Below, piece after piece: positions 1 to 12,500 of a stretch of 64,000 nucleotides of DNA (positions are counted from its first letter, which is position 1; each line of letters starts with the position of its first letter). The position numbers and the translations under genes were made by a program. Source of the stretch: Hemiscyllium ocellatum. Taxonomy: Eukaryota. Below the pieces are notes generated by a model. It made no database searches. It saw nothing but the letters and a program-made list of their open reading frames with translations, and was not told where the DNA came from. The stretch lies in assembly GCF_020745735.1 (NCBI RefSeq), contig NC_083408.1, forward strand, positions 5,717,131-5,781,130, in the 5' to 3' direction.

Positions 1-799
1 CTGACTCACTGGTCTATAGTTTCCTGGCTTTTCCTCGCAGCCTTTTTGAAAATAATCTCACAACATTAGCTGTGTTCATTTCGTCCATTGCCTCATCGGT
101 GGCTGTCAATGGTCCAAATAATAAAAATGAAAGAACGGTAGATTTTGTCAATATGAAGCAAAGAAAGGAGGAAATGGGAAAGTTCAGCAGGTCTGGAAGC
201 ATCTGTGCATAGAAATCAGAGTAAAACGTTCGAAACCAGAACTAAAGGAACGATACAATTACCTCAGCAAGGCGCACTGCAATTTCTTCCCCAGCTTCCT
301 GCAATGACCATGAATACAAGTGAACAGGTCCTGAGTATTTATCTATGGTTATGCATGTTAAGACTTCCAGCAATTCATTTTCTGATATTGTGGCTTTGTT
401 TGAAAACATCACTTCATTTTCTGTTTCCCCGAGTTCCCTCGATTCCATATCTTTCCCCACAGTAAATACAGATGGTGTATACTTGTTTAAGATATCCCCC
501 ATCGAACAAGAACAGGCTGTAAGGCAGTGGCGCGGTGGCAGGTCGAGTCCTTTTGAGGAATGTGAACCCAGGACAGCCTGGAACCTATGGAAGGTTTCGT
601 TGAATTGTTATAATGTGTTTTCCCCACTTTTGCAGGCAATGTTTTAAATTTGAACTTGGTTTTCTTTATTTTTCAAATTTCCACTAAAATGCTGTACCTT
701 GGCAGAGAGCGGGGATAGTTACCTTTATACCTAAGATTGCATCACATGTAGCGACTTAGAAAATTTTCACTATCCTCTAGTGAGTACATGTGACAATAA

Positions 800-1400
800 A
801 CCTAATAAACCGAATTCACCTCTTTGATTTTTGAGGCGCCCTCTTCTTTTGTTAGTTTCTCTTTTGGTCCTAATGTCCTTAAAGATCTATTTCCATTCTC
901 CTTAACATTATCAGACAAAGATTGTTCTTGTCCAGTATTTGATCTCCTCATTTCCCTATTAAGTGTACTCTGAATGCCGTATGACAAGAGATTCCTCTCA
1001 TCCCGTAGCCTATAATTGACATATACCTCTGCCTTCTTTCTTGACCAGAGCCTCAACACCCCTGTGAGATCATCTTCCCTACTCCTGCTCGCATTGCCCC
1101 TCACACTAACAGGAACATGCTGCAGCCGAACTTTCATCATCCCTCTTTTGAAATTCTCCCGCGGCCTGACGTTCATCTATCTCTGAACATCTTTTCTCAA
1201 CTCATCTACTGACAGTTGGTCACGAATACCATCATAATGGTCCTTGCCCCAATTTAAAACGTTAACTTGGGGACCAGCCCTATTCTTTTCCAAAAGTATT
1301 TTTACGTTCAGAGAATTACAGTCACTGCTCTTAAAGTGCACTGAGGTATTCGAATACCTCAGTCACATGCCCTGCCTTATTTCCCAAGGTGAAATAACGT
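800..1400 (-). mobile_element. CR1 ORF2 fragment
   Basis: LQHVPVSVRG...SRKKAEVYVNYR segment, similar to the region between endonuclease and RT in the other CR1 copies. Confidence 0.6.
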
Positions 1401-1485
1401 TGCGGCCGAGATCACCCAAATAGTAGCAGTATTCAATTTTAAGGCAGGCTTGAAAAGTGGAGGGGTCGAAGTGTTGCATACGTCT

Positions 1486-1487
<2 letters not shown>

Positions 1488-1517
<30 letters not shown>
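1488..1517. repeat. (GT)15 microsatellite
   Basis: Direct reading. Confidence 0.95.
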
Positions 1518-1519
<2 letters not shown>

Positions 1520-1999
1520 GTGTTTGTCACTATCTTTGTTTGTATTCTTTCCCAAAGTAGCGTGTGTACACCTGCAATCTGCATCTACATGCCTGAGAAA
1601 TTGGATTTATGTTGCTTTGCAAGTGCTTGCATTGAAATGGAGATCCAAATGTCCCTCCTCACTCTTTCTCTGGTTCCCTCTGCGGTTGAAACAGCCCTCT
1701 TGTTTTAATGTGTTGTGATACCCGTCTCTGCTGGGTGCTCCTTTCCACAACACAAGCAGCAGCTTCATTTTAAAAGGAAACAAAGACTCTCATATTTGAA
1801 TTGAATTGGTTTCATTGTCATGTGCCGTTTAACAGCATCAGTGCAAGCTTAGACATGTCTTTGTTTATGGTGCCATCTAAGATACAACATACCGGGGAAC
1901 AGATCCTTAAGTATTCGGTTCAAAACAGAAAGTCGAATAAATCAAATTCCAGCAGAAAAATAGAAATGGAAAAAAGTGACTCAATTAATAGTACCTAAG

Positions 2000-2430
2000 C
2001 GACAGTCTGTATCACCAGGAAATTTCGAAACCACACTGGACTCAGGCTCCAAACCGCACCAGGTGCACTCTCCAGACCGCACACAGGCCCAATATCTGGG
2101 CAGCACTGGGCCCAGTCTCCAAACCACACGAGACTGATTCTTCACACAGCAATGGGTGCTGTTTCCAGACTGTACCAGACCCAATCACCAGACCCCATCC
2201 GGGGCCAGACCCTGGACCGCACCATGCCGAGTCTGCAGTCCGCACTGGGCACAATGTACAAACCACACCGGGCCCAGATTCCAGAACATGCCGAGCCTTT
2301 TCTACACAAAACACTGGGCTTAGTCTCCAGACCATGGCAGACCAAGTCGGCAGACTCCGCCTGACACAGTTGCCAGATTGCACTGGACCCAACCTTCACT
2401 CTGAACTGGTCGAGTATCTAGCCAATTGGA
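2000..2430. repeat. Degenerate ~22-bp tandem repeat
   Basis: Consensus approximately CCAGACCACACTGGGCCCAGTCT, roughly 18 copies. Confidence 0.7.
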
Positions 2431-3160
2431 CGCAAAATTGTCTTGACTGTACGAGATAGAGCATGCTGGGTGAGATTTGTTTTAACCAAAGGTGTGCCTG
2501 AAGGACCACTGCTGGGTCCATTTTGATAAATGATTTGGAAGGGGATATATGAAGTTCAGATAGCAAGTTTGTAGAATACGCCAAATCTGCTGGTATTACG
2601 GACAGTGAAGAAGGTCTTTCTAAAGGAAAATGAGATCATCGGCAACCGGGTCATTGGGCCGATAATTGGCAGATTGAACTTGATGCAGGTTAATGTGTGG
2701 TGTCACATTTTGTTTGACAAACCAGGGCACGATTCATTAAGATAACGGTAGGGTCTTGTGGAATGTTGTCATGCAGAGAGATGTAGTGTGCAGGTACATA
2801 GTTCCTTTAAAGTGGAGTCCAAATCAGACAGGAAAATGCAGAAGGCGATGTGCACGGTTAACTTCATCAGTCAGAGCATAGGGTATAGGAGTTGGGACAT
2901 CATACTGTGGCTGTACAAGAAATGGGATAGCCGCATTTGGAGTATTGCTTACAATTCTTGTCGCAATGCTTTCGAAAGAATGTTTTAAACCGGAAAGAGG
3001 TCAACGTTTTGCAATGACGGAGCATCGAGGTTTTGTGATGTAATGATAAGCTGTCATTTTATTCTCTTTGCGCAGGAGACTGAAGGCTTAAATCATAGAA
3101 GCTTATGAAATGATGAGATGCATGGTTAAGATGAATAGCTAAGGTCTTTTCCCCAAGCAA
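2430..3160 (+). mobile_element. CR1 RT C-terminal fragment
   Basis: Degenerate GVP.G..LGP / INDL / SKFV region and VQVHSSFKV...FISQSIGYRSWDIILWLYK. Confidence 0.7.
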
Positions 3161-3589
3161 GACATTCAATTGTATCAAATTTCTCCGACTTCATCAAGTA
3201 TATAATCGGCCAGAAGACCCAGCACCAGACACACTATTCGAAAAGGGAATTGGAATCACCGTTCTGTCGACCCTGAAGAGGCCTAATTCCTAACATCTGA
3301 GAGGTTGTGATAGCATTTACTGAATTTTACCACAGATTGCAAGGAAATATCAGGAAAGAAGTAAGCCATTCAACACATTGAGCCTCCAGCATCTCGTTCA
3401 TGGCTGTATATCAGCCCAATGCACCTCTTTCACAAAATTGACATAGCCATAAATGTGATTAAGCATCCACAGATAACTGAGATTGCTCGGATCTGGGCGG
3501 AAGTGGGTTGGGAAAGTTTTGCTGCCGCAGTTCCTGATCTAAATGAAACCACAGCTGGAGTAGTGTGTACAGATTTAGCCTCCTTGCTG

Positions 3590-4450
3590 AAGAATTATTA
3601 CATTGGAAGCAGCTCGGAGATGGTTCCATCAAATGTTTGATCACGTTAATCAGTACTCATTGGAGATTACAAGAATGAAAGATGACCTTATTTTTACATC
3701 GATCAAAAGAGGGAATCAGCAACAGACGCCAAGTACTCACCAAATGGAGGAATCCACTAAACTTCTCCAACCTCAGATGGGGAACAGAAGAAGAATATTC
3801 ATCCCTTCCACCCTGATACATCAGAACAGGGCGAAGTTATTCACCCCCAGGAGTCTGATATGCAGTTGAAGAGGAGGCCAATCAGCCCGTCGACATTATA
3901 AAATGAGACCAAGATTAGTCTGCAGCACCAGTATCTATTTTCACAGCAACAGAATCAGTCCATTCAGCCCCTTCAACTCTGTAACACAGGAACTGGAAGA
4001 GGCCACAGAAAGACTGGAGACTGGTATATTGGAATAAGGGGAGACCATTCAGTCTACCGAGCCTGAAGCATAGGAATTGCAGAAAAGCACAAATTATGGT
4101 GAAATTTTATGAGAAAGGAGGTGGTAGTTCAACTCACTTGTCTGTTGTATGGGAACAGGAGAAGACCAACCACTCCCTCAAGCACAGGAGAAGACGGTTC
4201 ATTATCTTCAGCCTGTTATGGGCTAACACAAGGAGACCATACATCTCCTCAAAAAATTGCATAGCAACAGGAATATTCCATAAGCCGTCAAGCCTCTGGT
4301 GCATCATCATCAGGAGGAGAACATTGGAATCATCGAAGGGAAAATGTGGAAAAAACTCTAAAGACATCAACCCACAATTTTGTACACTAAAAGGATGAAG
4401 AGTCCACTCAGCCACTCATGCTTCCTATTCAGCAATCGAGCCTTGTTCCC
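3590..4450. repeat. Highly degenerate ~42-bp tandem repeat
   Basis: Consensus approximately ATAGGAACAGGAGGAGGCCATTCAGCCCCTCGAGCCTGTTAC. Confidence 0.6.
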
Positions 4451-4614
4451 GTTAAAAAACGGGAATTAAAAGAAAACATAAAAGGTTATCAAAATGGAAG
4501 AACTTAGTATGATCATAATCACTTTGGAATAAAATACAATGAAACAACTGTTGTAATTTAAGATAATTATTAGAATTCATTATACAGGACCCTTGCAGAA
4601 TTAAGCTGCAACCC

Positions 4615-4980
4615 ACTCGTCAGCCTGGCCAAACTGGCCATAAACAGGACCAGGCAGCGGCTCTTGGAAGGGGTCATTAGGGCTGACAGCCTGCCACTCT
4701 TCTGCAGTTATGTCAGAGCCCGGGTGTCTCTGGAGTTGGAGCACGCGGTGTCCACCAACAACCTTGAGCTGTTCAGGGAGAGGTGGGCCCCGCAGGGAGT
4801 GGAGTGTATTGTCTCTCCCTCGACTCTGCTTTGACTTAATCCCTCACTGTTTGGTCACACAACGTTGGCTTCCAAAAAAGGCACTGCTTGTCACTGGCCA
4901 CTTGGGTGTTACTTTTCTTCCTGCTGGTTGAAACTCAATAAAGATTCGTACACCTTGTATATTTCACTAAAAAAAAATAA
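4615..4980 (+). mobile_element. Tx1-like LINE 3' end
   Basis: Translates as LAKLAINRTRQR..EGVIRAD.LPLF..YVRARVSLELEHAVSTNNLELFRERWAPQGVECIVSP, then AATAAA and an A-tract at 4968-4977. Confidence 0.65.
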
Positions 4981-5299
4981 ACTGCAATTAATAAAAGTCA
5001 ATATGATTTGAGAAGAGCTTCCCTCCATTATGGAAACAAGCTGTTCAGCACAACAACGCCACATCGCAGCTCTGAACAGTATCCTACGCAGACCATTTCC
5101 CTGAAACTATTGCTCTACATTTACGTCTGACTAATGCACGTAACCTAGCCATCCATGAAAATGATGGGCAATGTAATATGGCGAACTCAGCTAACCTGCA
5201 CATCTTTGTGTTGTAAGAGGAAACCATTACACCCAGAGGAACCACACGCCGACATGGGGCGAGCGTGGAAACTCCATACAGGATCTTTACAAAACATAA

Positions 5300-6485
5300 A
5301 TCTTCTTTGAATTGTTTGTTTGAGCTATTTAAATATGCTACAAACCAAGTGGATAATGCCAATCCTGGAGAGATAATGCATCTGGTCTTCCAGAGGACAT
5401 TGGTTATGATGCTTCTCAAAGATGAAGTAGTAAACTCAGAGGGTTTATGAAGTATTGATGAACTTGGATAGAGAATTGATGAATCAACAAAGGGCATTCA
5501 GATGTAATAAATGGGTCATTTTCTGTTGGCAAAATGCAATTTGTGCAGTGTGATAGATTTCACTTTTCAAGCCTCACCTACTTCTAATCTACATTATTAG
5601 TCGTTTGACGGAATAGAAAATACTGCACGTTAATTTTCAGCTGTCATTGACATCCGTGGGAAATTGCTTTGCAAAGAAAATGTAAGAAATTTACAAACGG
5701 ATATAGATAATGTGGGTGAATGGGCAAACACTTGGCAATGGAAATTAACTTGAATAAATATGGAGTTAGTCAATTTGGCCAGCATGAAAAGACAAATCAT
5801 TATTTAAATGGAGACAAACTTCAGAGTGTTTTGGTGCAGGGGGACCTAGTTGTGTTGGAAACACACATGTGGATACATCATGTAATGAAAATGGAAGTTG
5901 AATTTCCTTGTATGTTTGTAAAATGATACCGTATAAATGTAGGAACTAGTGTTGTTAATATACAGGGTATGAGTGAGACTGCAAATAAATGACGGTTCGG
6001 GTGCCCTGACTTGAAGAGTGACGTATTTACATTGGAGGCAATTCAAACGCGGTTCATTAGATTTATTCCAGAGGTCAGAAGTTTGTCTTTTGGCGGGATG
6101 TTCACCAGTTCAGCCCTATACTTTCTGGAATTTAGAAGAATGAGAGGATTTCTCAAAGAGGTCTGTGCGATGTTAATGGTGATTAATAATTCAGATGAAG
6201 AGTCGATGTTTCCACATGTGTGGCAAAGAAGAACAAGATGTCATTGTTTTAGAATAAGGCAGAACAGATATAAAACTGGGGTGAGGGGCACTTGTTTCTC
6301 TCAAAGTGTTGTGAATATTTGTTATTCGGTGAACCAGATTGCAGAGGGAGTTGGGAACTGTAGTAAATGAAGGGATATGGAAATCAAGCACGTGGTGCTG
6401 TGGCCGTGATGAAATCAGTCATGATTGTGTTAAATAGTGAAGCAGGCTCGAGGAGCTGAATTGCTGACTGTTGCTCTTCTTTCTT
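5300..6485 (+). mobile_element. CR1 RT-to-3'-end fragment
   Basis: LEAIQTRFIRFIP...LEFRRMRG...FSQSVVNI; 3' stem-loop GCAGGCTCGAGGAGCTGAATTG. Confidence 0.72.
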
Positions 6486-6790
6486 AATTAGCCTTTCGAA
6501 TGTGCTCCATAGGAATGGGGAACTGCTAGTTATCAAAGAGGAAGCAGACACTCGGGATGAAGGAGTCTTAATCGGTTTGACAGAATGTAACCAGAAGAGG
6601 GCCTTCAGCTACTTCCAATCTATATCAATGAAAAGGAGGATGGAATAGATGCACTGTTACTACGTTTTGCGATGACACTCAGATAAGTATGACATTAAGT
6701 TGTCAAGATTGCCTGACGTGTTTGCAAATGGATATGCACAGCGAAAGTCAGTGGATAATGGATTAGCAAGTGGGACGTAATGTGATGCAT

Positions 6791-7016
6791 GCTGAAAATG
6801 TGTTGCTGGAAAAACGCAGCAGGTCAGGCAGCATCCAAGTGACAGGAGAGTTGACATTTCGGGCATGAGCCCTTTTTAAGGAAAGTTTCCTGAAGAAGGG
6901 CTCATGCTCGAAATGTCTAATCTCCTGCTCCTTGAATGCTACCTGACCTGCTGCGCTTTTCCAGCAACACGTTTTCAGCTCTGATCTCCAGCATCTGCAG
7001 TCCTCACTTTCCCCTA
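6791..7016. mobile_element. Palindromic Penelope-terminus-derived insertion, degenerate hammerhead motifs
   Basis: 13-bp TSD TAATGTGATGCAT (6778-6790, 7017-7029). About 95-bp inverted arms. CTGAAGA...GAAATGTC at 6890-6917. Confidence 0.8.
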
Positions 7017-7079
7017 TAATGTGATGCATAAGCTGTGTTCTTTTTTCAGGAAGAATGACGGTCTGTTTGCTTCCGACAC

Positions 7080-7500
7080 TGAGAGAGAAAACAGAGCTAA
7101 GTTATACAATGTGTACTGGAGGCTTCACTTTGACGTTTTCAGACACCAAAAGCCTTACTCCATCTTCCTGATGGTCTGCTTCCTTATGTTCCCAGATGCC
7201 CCTTCACTCTCACTACACACGGGATATGTTGATATGTTTGCTTGATGGTGGGGAGAGGTGAGCGGATGGTGAGTTATGCCGTGTATTATGGGGACAGCCT
7301 TTATCAGAGAGGCCGCCATTTCTTTCTCCATGGACACTCGAATAAAGTGGGAGTAATTGACTGCTTCTGAATGAAGAGGCTATGGAAGCTACGAGGACAG
7401 CAAGGATTCACCAACATGATGTGCTGCCCATGAAGCACACTGCAACATTAATGGAGTGAGAGTTCCTCAGTTCTTCTACACCTCCCCATTGACCTGGGGA
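7080..7500 (-). mobile_element. Harbinger/PIF-type DDE transposase remnant
   Basis: Frameshifted minus-strand HSINV, LSDKGCP and KQTIRKME*GFWCL...SLQY, matching in order the HARBI1-type motifs HSINVQ, LGDKGYP and EQTIG..K.RFRCL...LQY. Confidence 0.5.
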
Positions 7501-7861
7501 CCATGCAGAGTCGTGTACAACATTTGTACTGTGAAAACAAAGAGCCACTCGTTAGCTCGTTAACATTTCAATTAACTCATCCATCAAATAAAGTATTCGT
7601 TACTAATGGTGACATTGATGTTGACATACTGGAAGATGTTGGATATGTCATCCACTCCTGCCTTGAAAGTTCCGGATCATAAAAGATGAATGAAACTGTG
7701 CTCCTAACAGCCACTGGCAGCACCGTCCTCCCTATAGTGTGAAGCTGCAAGTCGTGTTGAAGAAGGTGACACCAATCAGTGCTCGCTTCTTTGTTGAATC
7801 AGCATCCTTACGCACACTGCTGCCCAATTAAGTGTAGTTTCGGAAGCTCTCTAAACTCTGG

Positions 7862-8021
7862 NNNNNNNNNNNNNNNNNNNNNNNNNNNNNNNNNNNNNNN
7901 NNNNNNNNNNNNNNNNNNNNNNNNNNNNNNNNNNNNNNNNNNNNNNNNNNNNNNNNNNNNNNNNNNNNNNNNNNNNNNNNNNNNNNNNNNNNNNNNNNNN
8001 NNNNNNNNNNNNNNNNNNNNN
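7862..8021. other. Assembly gap (160 N)
   Basis: Run of N. Confidence 1.
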
Positions 8022-9160
8022 TGGATGTCAGCAAGGAATTCAACACAGTTCTTCACGGTAGACTGGTGAGCAAGGTTAGAACCTATGGATACAGAGAGAA
8101 TTGGCCATTTGGATACAAAATTTACTCTCAGGTAAAAGAGAGTGAGTGGTGGCGGAGGCTTGCCTTTCTGACTGAAAGTCTAAAACCAGTGATGTGTCAC
8201 AAGGATCAGAACTGGGTGCACTAATTTTGTCAATTATATGAATGATTTGGATGTGACCACCGCTGGTAAAGCTAGCATGCTGATGGACCAAAGTTGGAGG
8301 GGTAGAGGGCAACAAAGAAGGGTACCTCAGAGTACAAGTGTATTTTGATCAGATGAGCCAATGTTCCAAGGAGTCGCGGATGGCTATTAATTCAGATACA
8401 TGTGAGGTGCTGCACTTTGGAAAGACAAATCAGGTCAGGACATATGAACTGTCATGTAAGGTGCTGGGGAGTGCTGCTGAATTAAGTGACCATAGAATGA
8501 AGGTTCATAGCTCATTGAAAGTACTCTCACGGGAAGATGTGGAAAGTGAAGATGCCGTTTGATATGCTTTCCTTTATAATCCAGAGCACAGATTTGGGAG
8601 GTCATGGGTTAGGTTCTACGGGACATGGGTTAGGTCACTTTTGGAAGATTCTGGTCTCCTTCCTATCGGAATGATGTTTTGAAATTTGGAAGTGTTCAGA
8701 AAAAGATTTATCAGAATGGTGACAGTGTTGGAGGGTTGAGCTGGAGAGAAAGTCTGAATAGCGGGACATTGCTTTTCCTATAGTGCCGGAGATTGACAGG
8801 TGATCTTAGACAGGTTTATAAAATCACGAGGGGCAGGATACGAAAGAATAAACAAGATCTATTCGCTGGGTTGGGGGAATACAGAACTAGAGGACATAAT
8901 ATTAGGATGAGGGGTAAAGAATTAGAATGGTCCTCAATGGCAAATTACCACTCATAGCATGGAATGAGCTGCCAAAGGAAGCGATGGAGGCTGGTACAAT
9001 TACATGATTTTAAACGATGAAAATGGATCTGTACATGAATAGGAAGGTTTGAAAGGAATATGAGCCCAAGTGATGGAAAATGGGACCAGGTTAATTTAGA
9101 ATATCTCGTCGTCATGGATAGTTTGGAACTGAAGTTTATTTCCATGCTGTATGACGCATG
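8022..9160 (+). mobile_element. CR1 RT-to-3'-end fragment
   Basis: CEVLHFGKTNQ...VHSSLKV; WNELP-like segment and CR1-type 3' tail TTTCCATGCTGTATGAC. Confidence 0.75.
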
Positions 9161-9599
9161 AAACAGAAAAAGAGACAAATAATTAAATGAGAACATGTTG
9201 TGGAAACTTGGGAAATAGGACAGGAAGTGAGATTAATTGTAGTGGTTAGATCTTGGAGGATGCATATCATAATAATGAGGACATTGAATAAAGACATTGC
9301 GAAATAAGCCAAAATGAGTTTTAACATCAAATTCTGAATTGACCTTACAGTGCCAGACTAGACACTGTAAAGTGGGACAAGATTATAGCCTGCACTGAGA
9401 GCTGTGCAGCTTGTGCTAGTGTACTGTTCAGTAAATAGGACCATCTTCACGTCAAGGGAACATTGCAAATCTTTGTCAGTAATCCTGGGGTATACTTGCC
9501 AACCCATTTTCGGGACTTGAATGAAAAGTGGAAGCTTTTGGTGGCAGGAATCCATCAGACGTAAACAAAATGTGGTAGCTCATGTTTGCACGATTATTG

Positions 9600-12500
9600 T
9601 CAAAGTGATGCATGCGTGTGGTGCTGTGTGATGCTGTGTGGTGGGGCTCTTTCATTGGTCGTCTATATGGCCGTTGCAGTGGGCTGCGTGTGGAAAAGGC
9701 TGCGTGTGTGTTCTTCACTGTGTTTGGCGGGGCGTGTGTGTGTCTGTCTGTGTGTGGTGTTTGTGGGGTATAGTGCGTTTAGGGAAGGCTGTGTGTGTGT
9801 GTCTGTGTGTGTGTGTGCGCGCGCATGCACGCGTGCACACGCTGTGCGAGTGGGGAGCTTTGCATATGTGAGGAGCTCTGTGTGGGGGTGGTGTTAGGTA
9901 TGTTGGGACGGCTGTGTGATATTGGGAAGGCTTTTTTGGATGGACCTGTGTGGGTGAATGTGGGGGGGTGATATGAATGATGGAGAACCTACTCTGTGTA
10001 TGCAGGCAGGATGTGTTGTGTGTGAGTGGTACTGCGTGTTTGTGGGCTCGGTGTGTTGGTGGGACTGTGTGTGTGAAGGGGCCTCTGTGTGTGTATGGGC
10101 TGTGTGTATGAAGTCGGCCGTATAATCTGGAGCTATATGTGGGAAGGGCAATGTATGTGTGGCTCTGTATGTATGTGACCAGGGTATGTTGGGACCTGAG
10201 TGATTAGTTTGTGTTGTGTGGGGGGGGGGTTGTCTTTTTGGGGTTTGCATTGTGTAGAAGGGCTGTGTATATAGGTCCACTGTGTGTGGGACGGGCTGTG
10301 CAATTGGGGTGGTGTGTGTGAGGCAGCTCTGTGTGTGAGTGGAGGGCTTTTGGTGCGGAGTTGTGTGTGGGTAGCTGTGTGTGGATGGGCTGTGTGTTGG
10401 GGCTCTGTGAATGGGGTTTATGTATTGTGACTCTGCGTGGTAGACTGTGTTAATGTTGGGGGTCCATGTGTGCATGGGGATGAGTTGAGAGTGCGAAGGG
10501 CTTGCTAGAGCTAGAGAATGTGTGGAGGTGGTGGCTGTTCGGGCTGGGGCTCTGTGTGTGATGGGCGATAGTTGTGGCCCTGCTGGTGGAGGATGTTTGC
10601 ATATGGGGGCGCTCAGTGTATGCGGGGCCCTACGTGTATAGAGGGGAAAAGGGCGTAGGTGCTCTATGTGTGGCGGGAGGCTGTGTGGGTAGGGGGCTGC
10701 GTATGGATGCGGTGGGCTATGTGTGTTGGAGCTGTTTCTGTGTGGGACACTCCGTGTGTGAGGTTCAAGTATATGGAGGTTCTGTGTCCATGTGAGCGGC
10801 TGTGCCTGTTTGGGTTGGTTCTGTGTGAGGCGTGTTGTGTGTATGACGGGGCTGTGTGTGTGTGTGTGTGGGGGGGGGGGTAGGGCTGTGTGATACCGGG
10901 GTTATTTGGGGAACAATTGCTTGTAGTGGGGAAATGTTGTGGGGGCAGTTGTGTGTAGGGGCTCTGTCGGTTTTTTGGGTAAACAGCGTGTCTGGGGGGT
11001 TGACAAATGTGTGAGTGATGCTGTGTACGGAGTGCGCTGTATGGAGGTCTGTGTGTTTGAGAGGCTGCATGCGTGAGGGGCGGCCTGTTTGTTGGGGGAA
11101 TCTGTTGTGAGGCGGTGTCAATGTGGGTGAGGGACTGTGTGTCGAGTCTGAGTTTGTGGACAGCTGTGACTGTGCGGCTAGGATGTATTTGGGGGATCGT
11201 GTGTGTGAAGGGGTTGATAATGCGGGTGTAGGCATTTTGTGTAACGGAGGCTGAATGTGTGTAGTGATATGTGTAGGGGAATGCCGTGCTTGTGGGAGGC
11301 TATGTGTGTGGAGGGCGATATGCTAAGTTTTTGGGGATGTTTGGTGTTTGTGGGGGTATCTGTGCGGAGGTGGGGTGTATGTGAGTGTGTCTGCTGACTG
11401 TGTGGTAGGAGCTCTGTGTGTGAGGACTGCATTTTTGTGGCGGGTGACTGAGTGTGGGCGAAATTGTATGAGGGTCTCTGTGAGTGGTGTCTCTTTGCAT
11501 TGGGGAGCAGTGTAAAGGTGCAGCTGGGGTGTGGGTGCTGTCAGCATTGGGGGATATGCAAGTGAGGTCTTTTTGTCTGTTGTCGCGCTATGTGTAGAGG
11601 GAGCTGTGTAAGTGAGGAGGTTGTGCGTAGAGGGTGTGATGTGAATGTCGGTGTCTATCTGTGTGGGGAGGTGGCTGCATATGTATCTGGAGCACTGGGT
11701 GAGTGGAGGAACTGTTTGCGGGTGCTGAACGCATGGAGCTGTAAGTGCGAGATGTCTGTGTATTGGGGCTGTGTGTGCATTTGGGGGTTTGATATATGTG
11801 GCGCTATGATTGTGGAACGGCTGCACATGTTGGGATAGCTGTGCGTGTGGGTTCGAATGATTGTGTTTGGAGAGCTGTGTGGAGTGAGTATGTGTTTGGC
11901 GGACGGTAGGGGTAGCCTCCTGTGTGGAGACTGCTCGTGTGGCAGGGGTCAGGCTGTGTGTGTGAGGACTCTGTGCGTGAGCGAATTTCTGCTGGGGTAC
12001 ACTGTGTGGAGGACGATGTATGCGGAATTTTCTGTGTGTTTGGTGTTCTGGTGTATGGGGAGTATGTGTGCATGGCGGGAGGCTGAGTGTGTAGGGGTTT
12101 GGGAAGTATGGTGCTGTGACTGTGGGTGCTGAGTGAATGAAGGGATGCTGTGTGCGGTTTAGGGTGTCTATGCGATTGGGTGGCTACGAGTGAGCGGGTT
12201 TCTGAGTGCTGTTTTTGATGGGTGGGTCTGTATGTGGTCAGGGCTCCGTGTGGTCGTTTGGCTGTATGTATTTGGTGTTGCTGTGTTTTTGGGTGTTTGC
12301 GAGTATGGGATTCTGTATGCATGGGGCCTGTGTATGTGGGCGTGGGGCTGTATCACTGGGGAGGTGGACTCTGCGGGCTATATGGACTCTGTGGGGATAT
12401 GTGTGTGGGGAATGTTTTGTATCCAATGTTGTGTGTGTGCGTGTAGCCTAGTATGTGGAGACTACTAGTTTGTGTGGAGGGGGGTCAATGGCGTAGCTTT

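Noticed and set aside
130-250. Additional PLE-type terminus on the minus strand (also 56415-56475 on plus)
   Set aside because: Resembles the 56250-56345 terminus but the hammerhead core is missing; too decayed to call.
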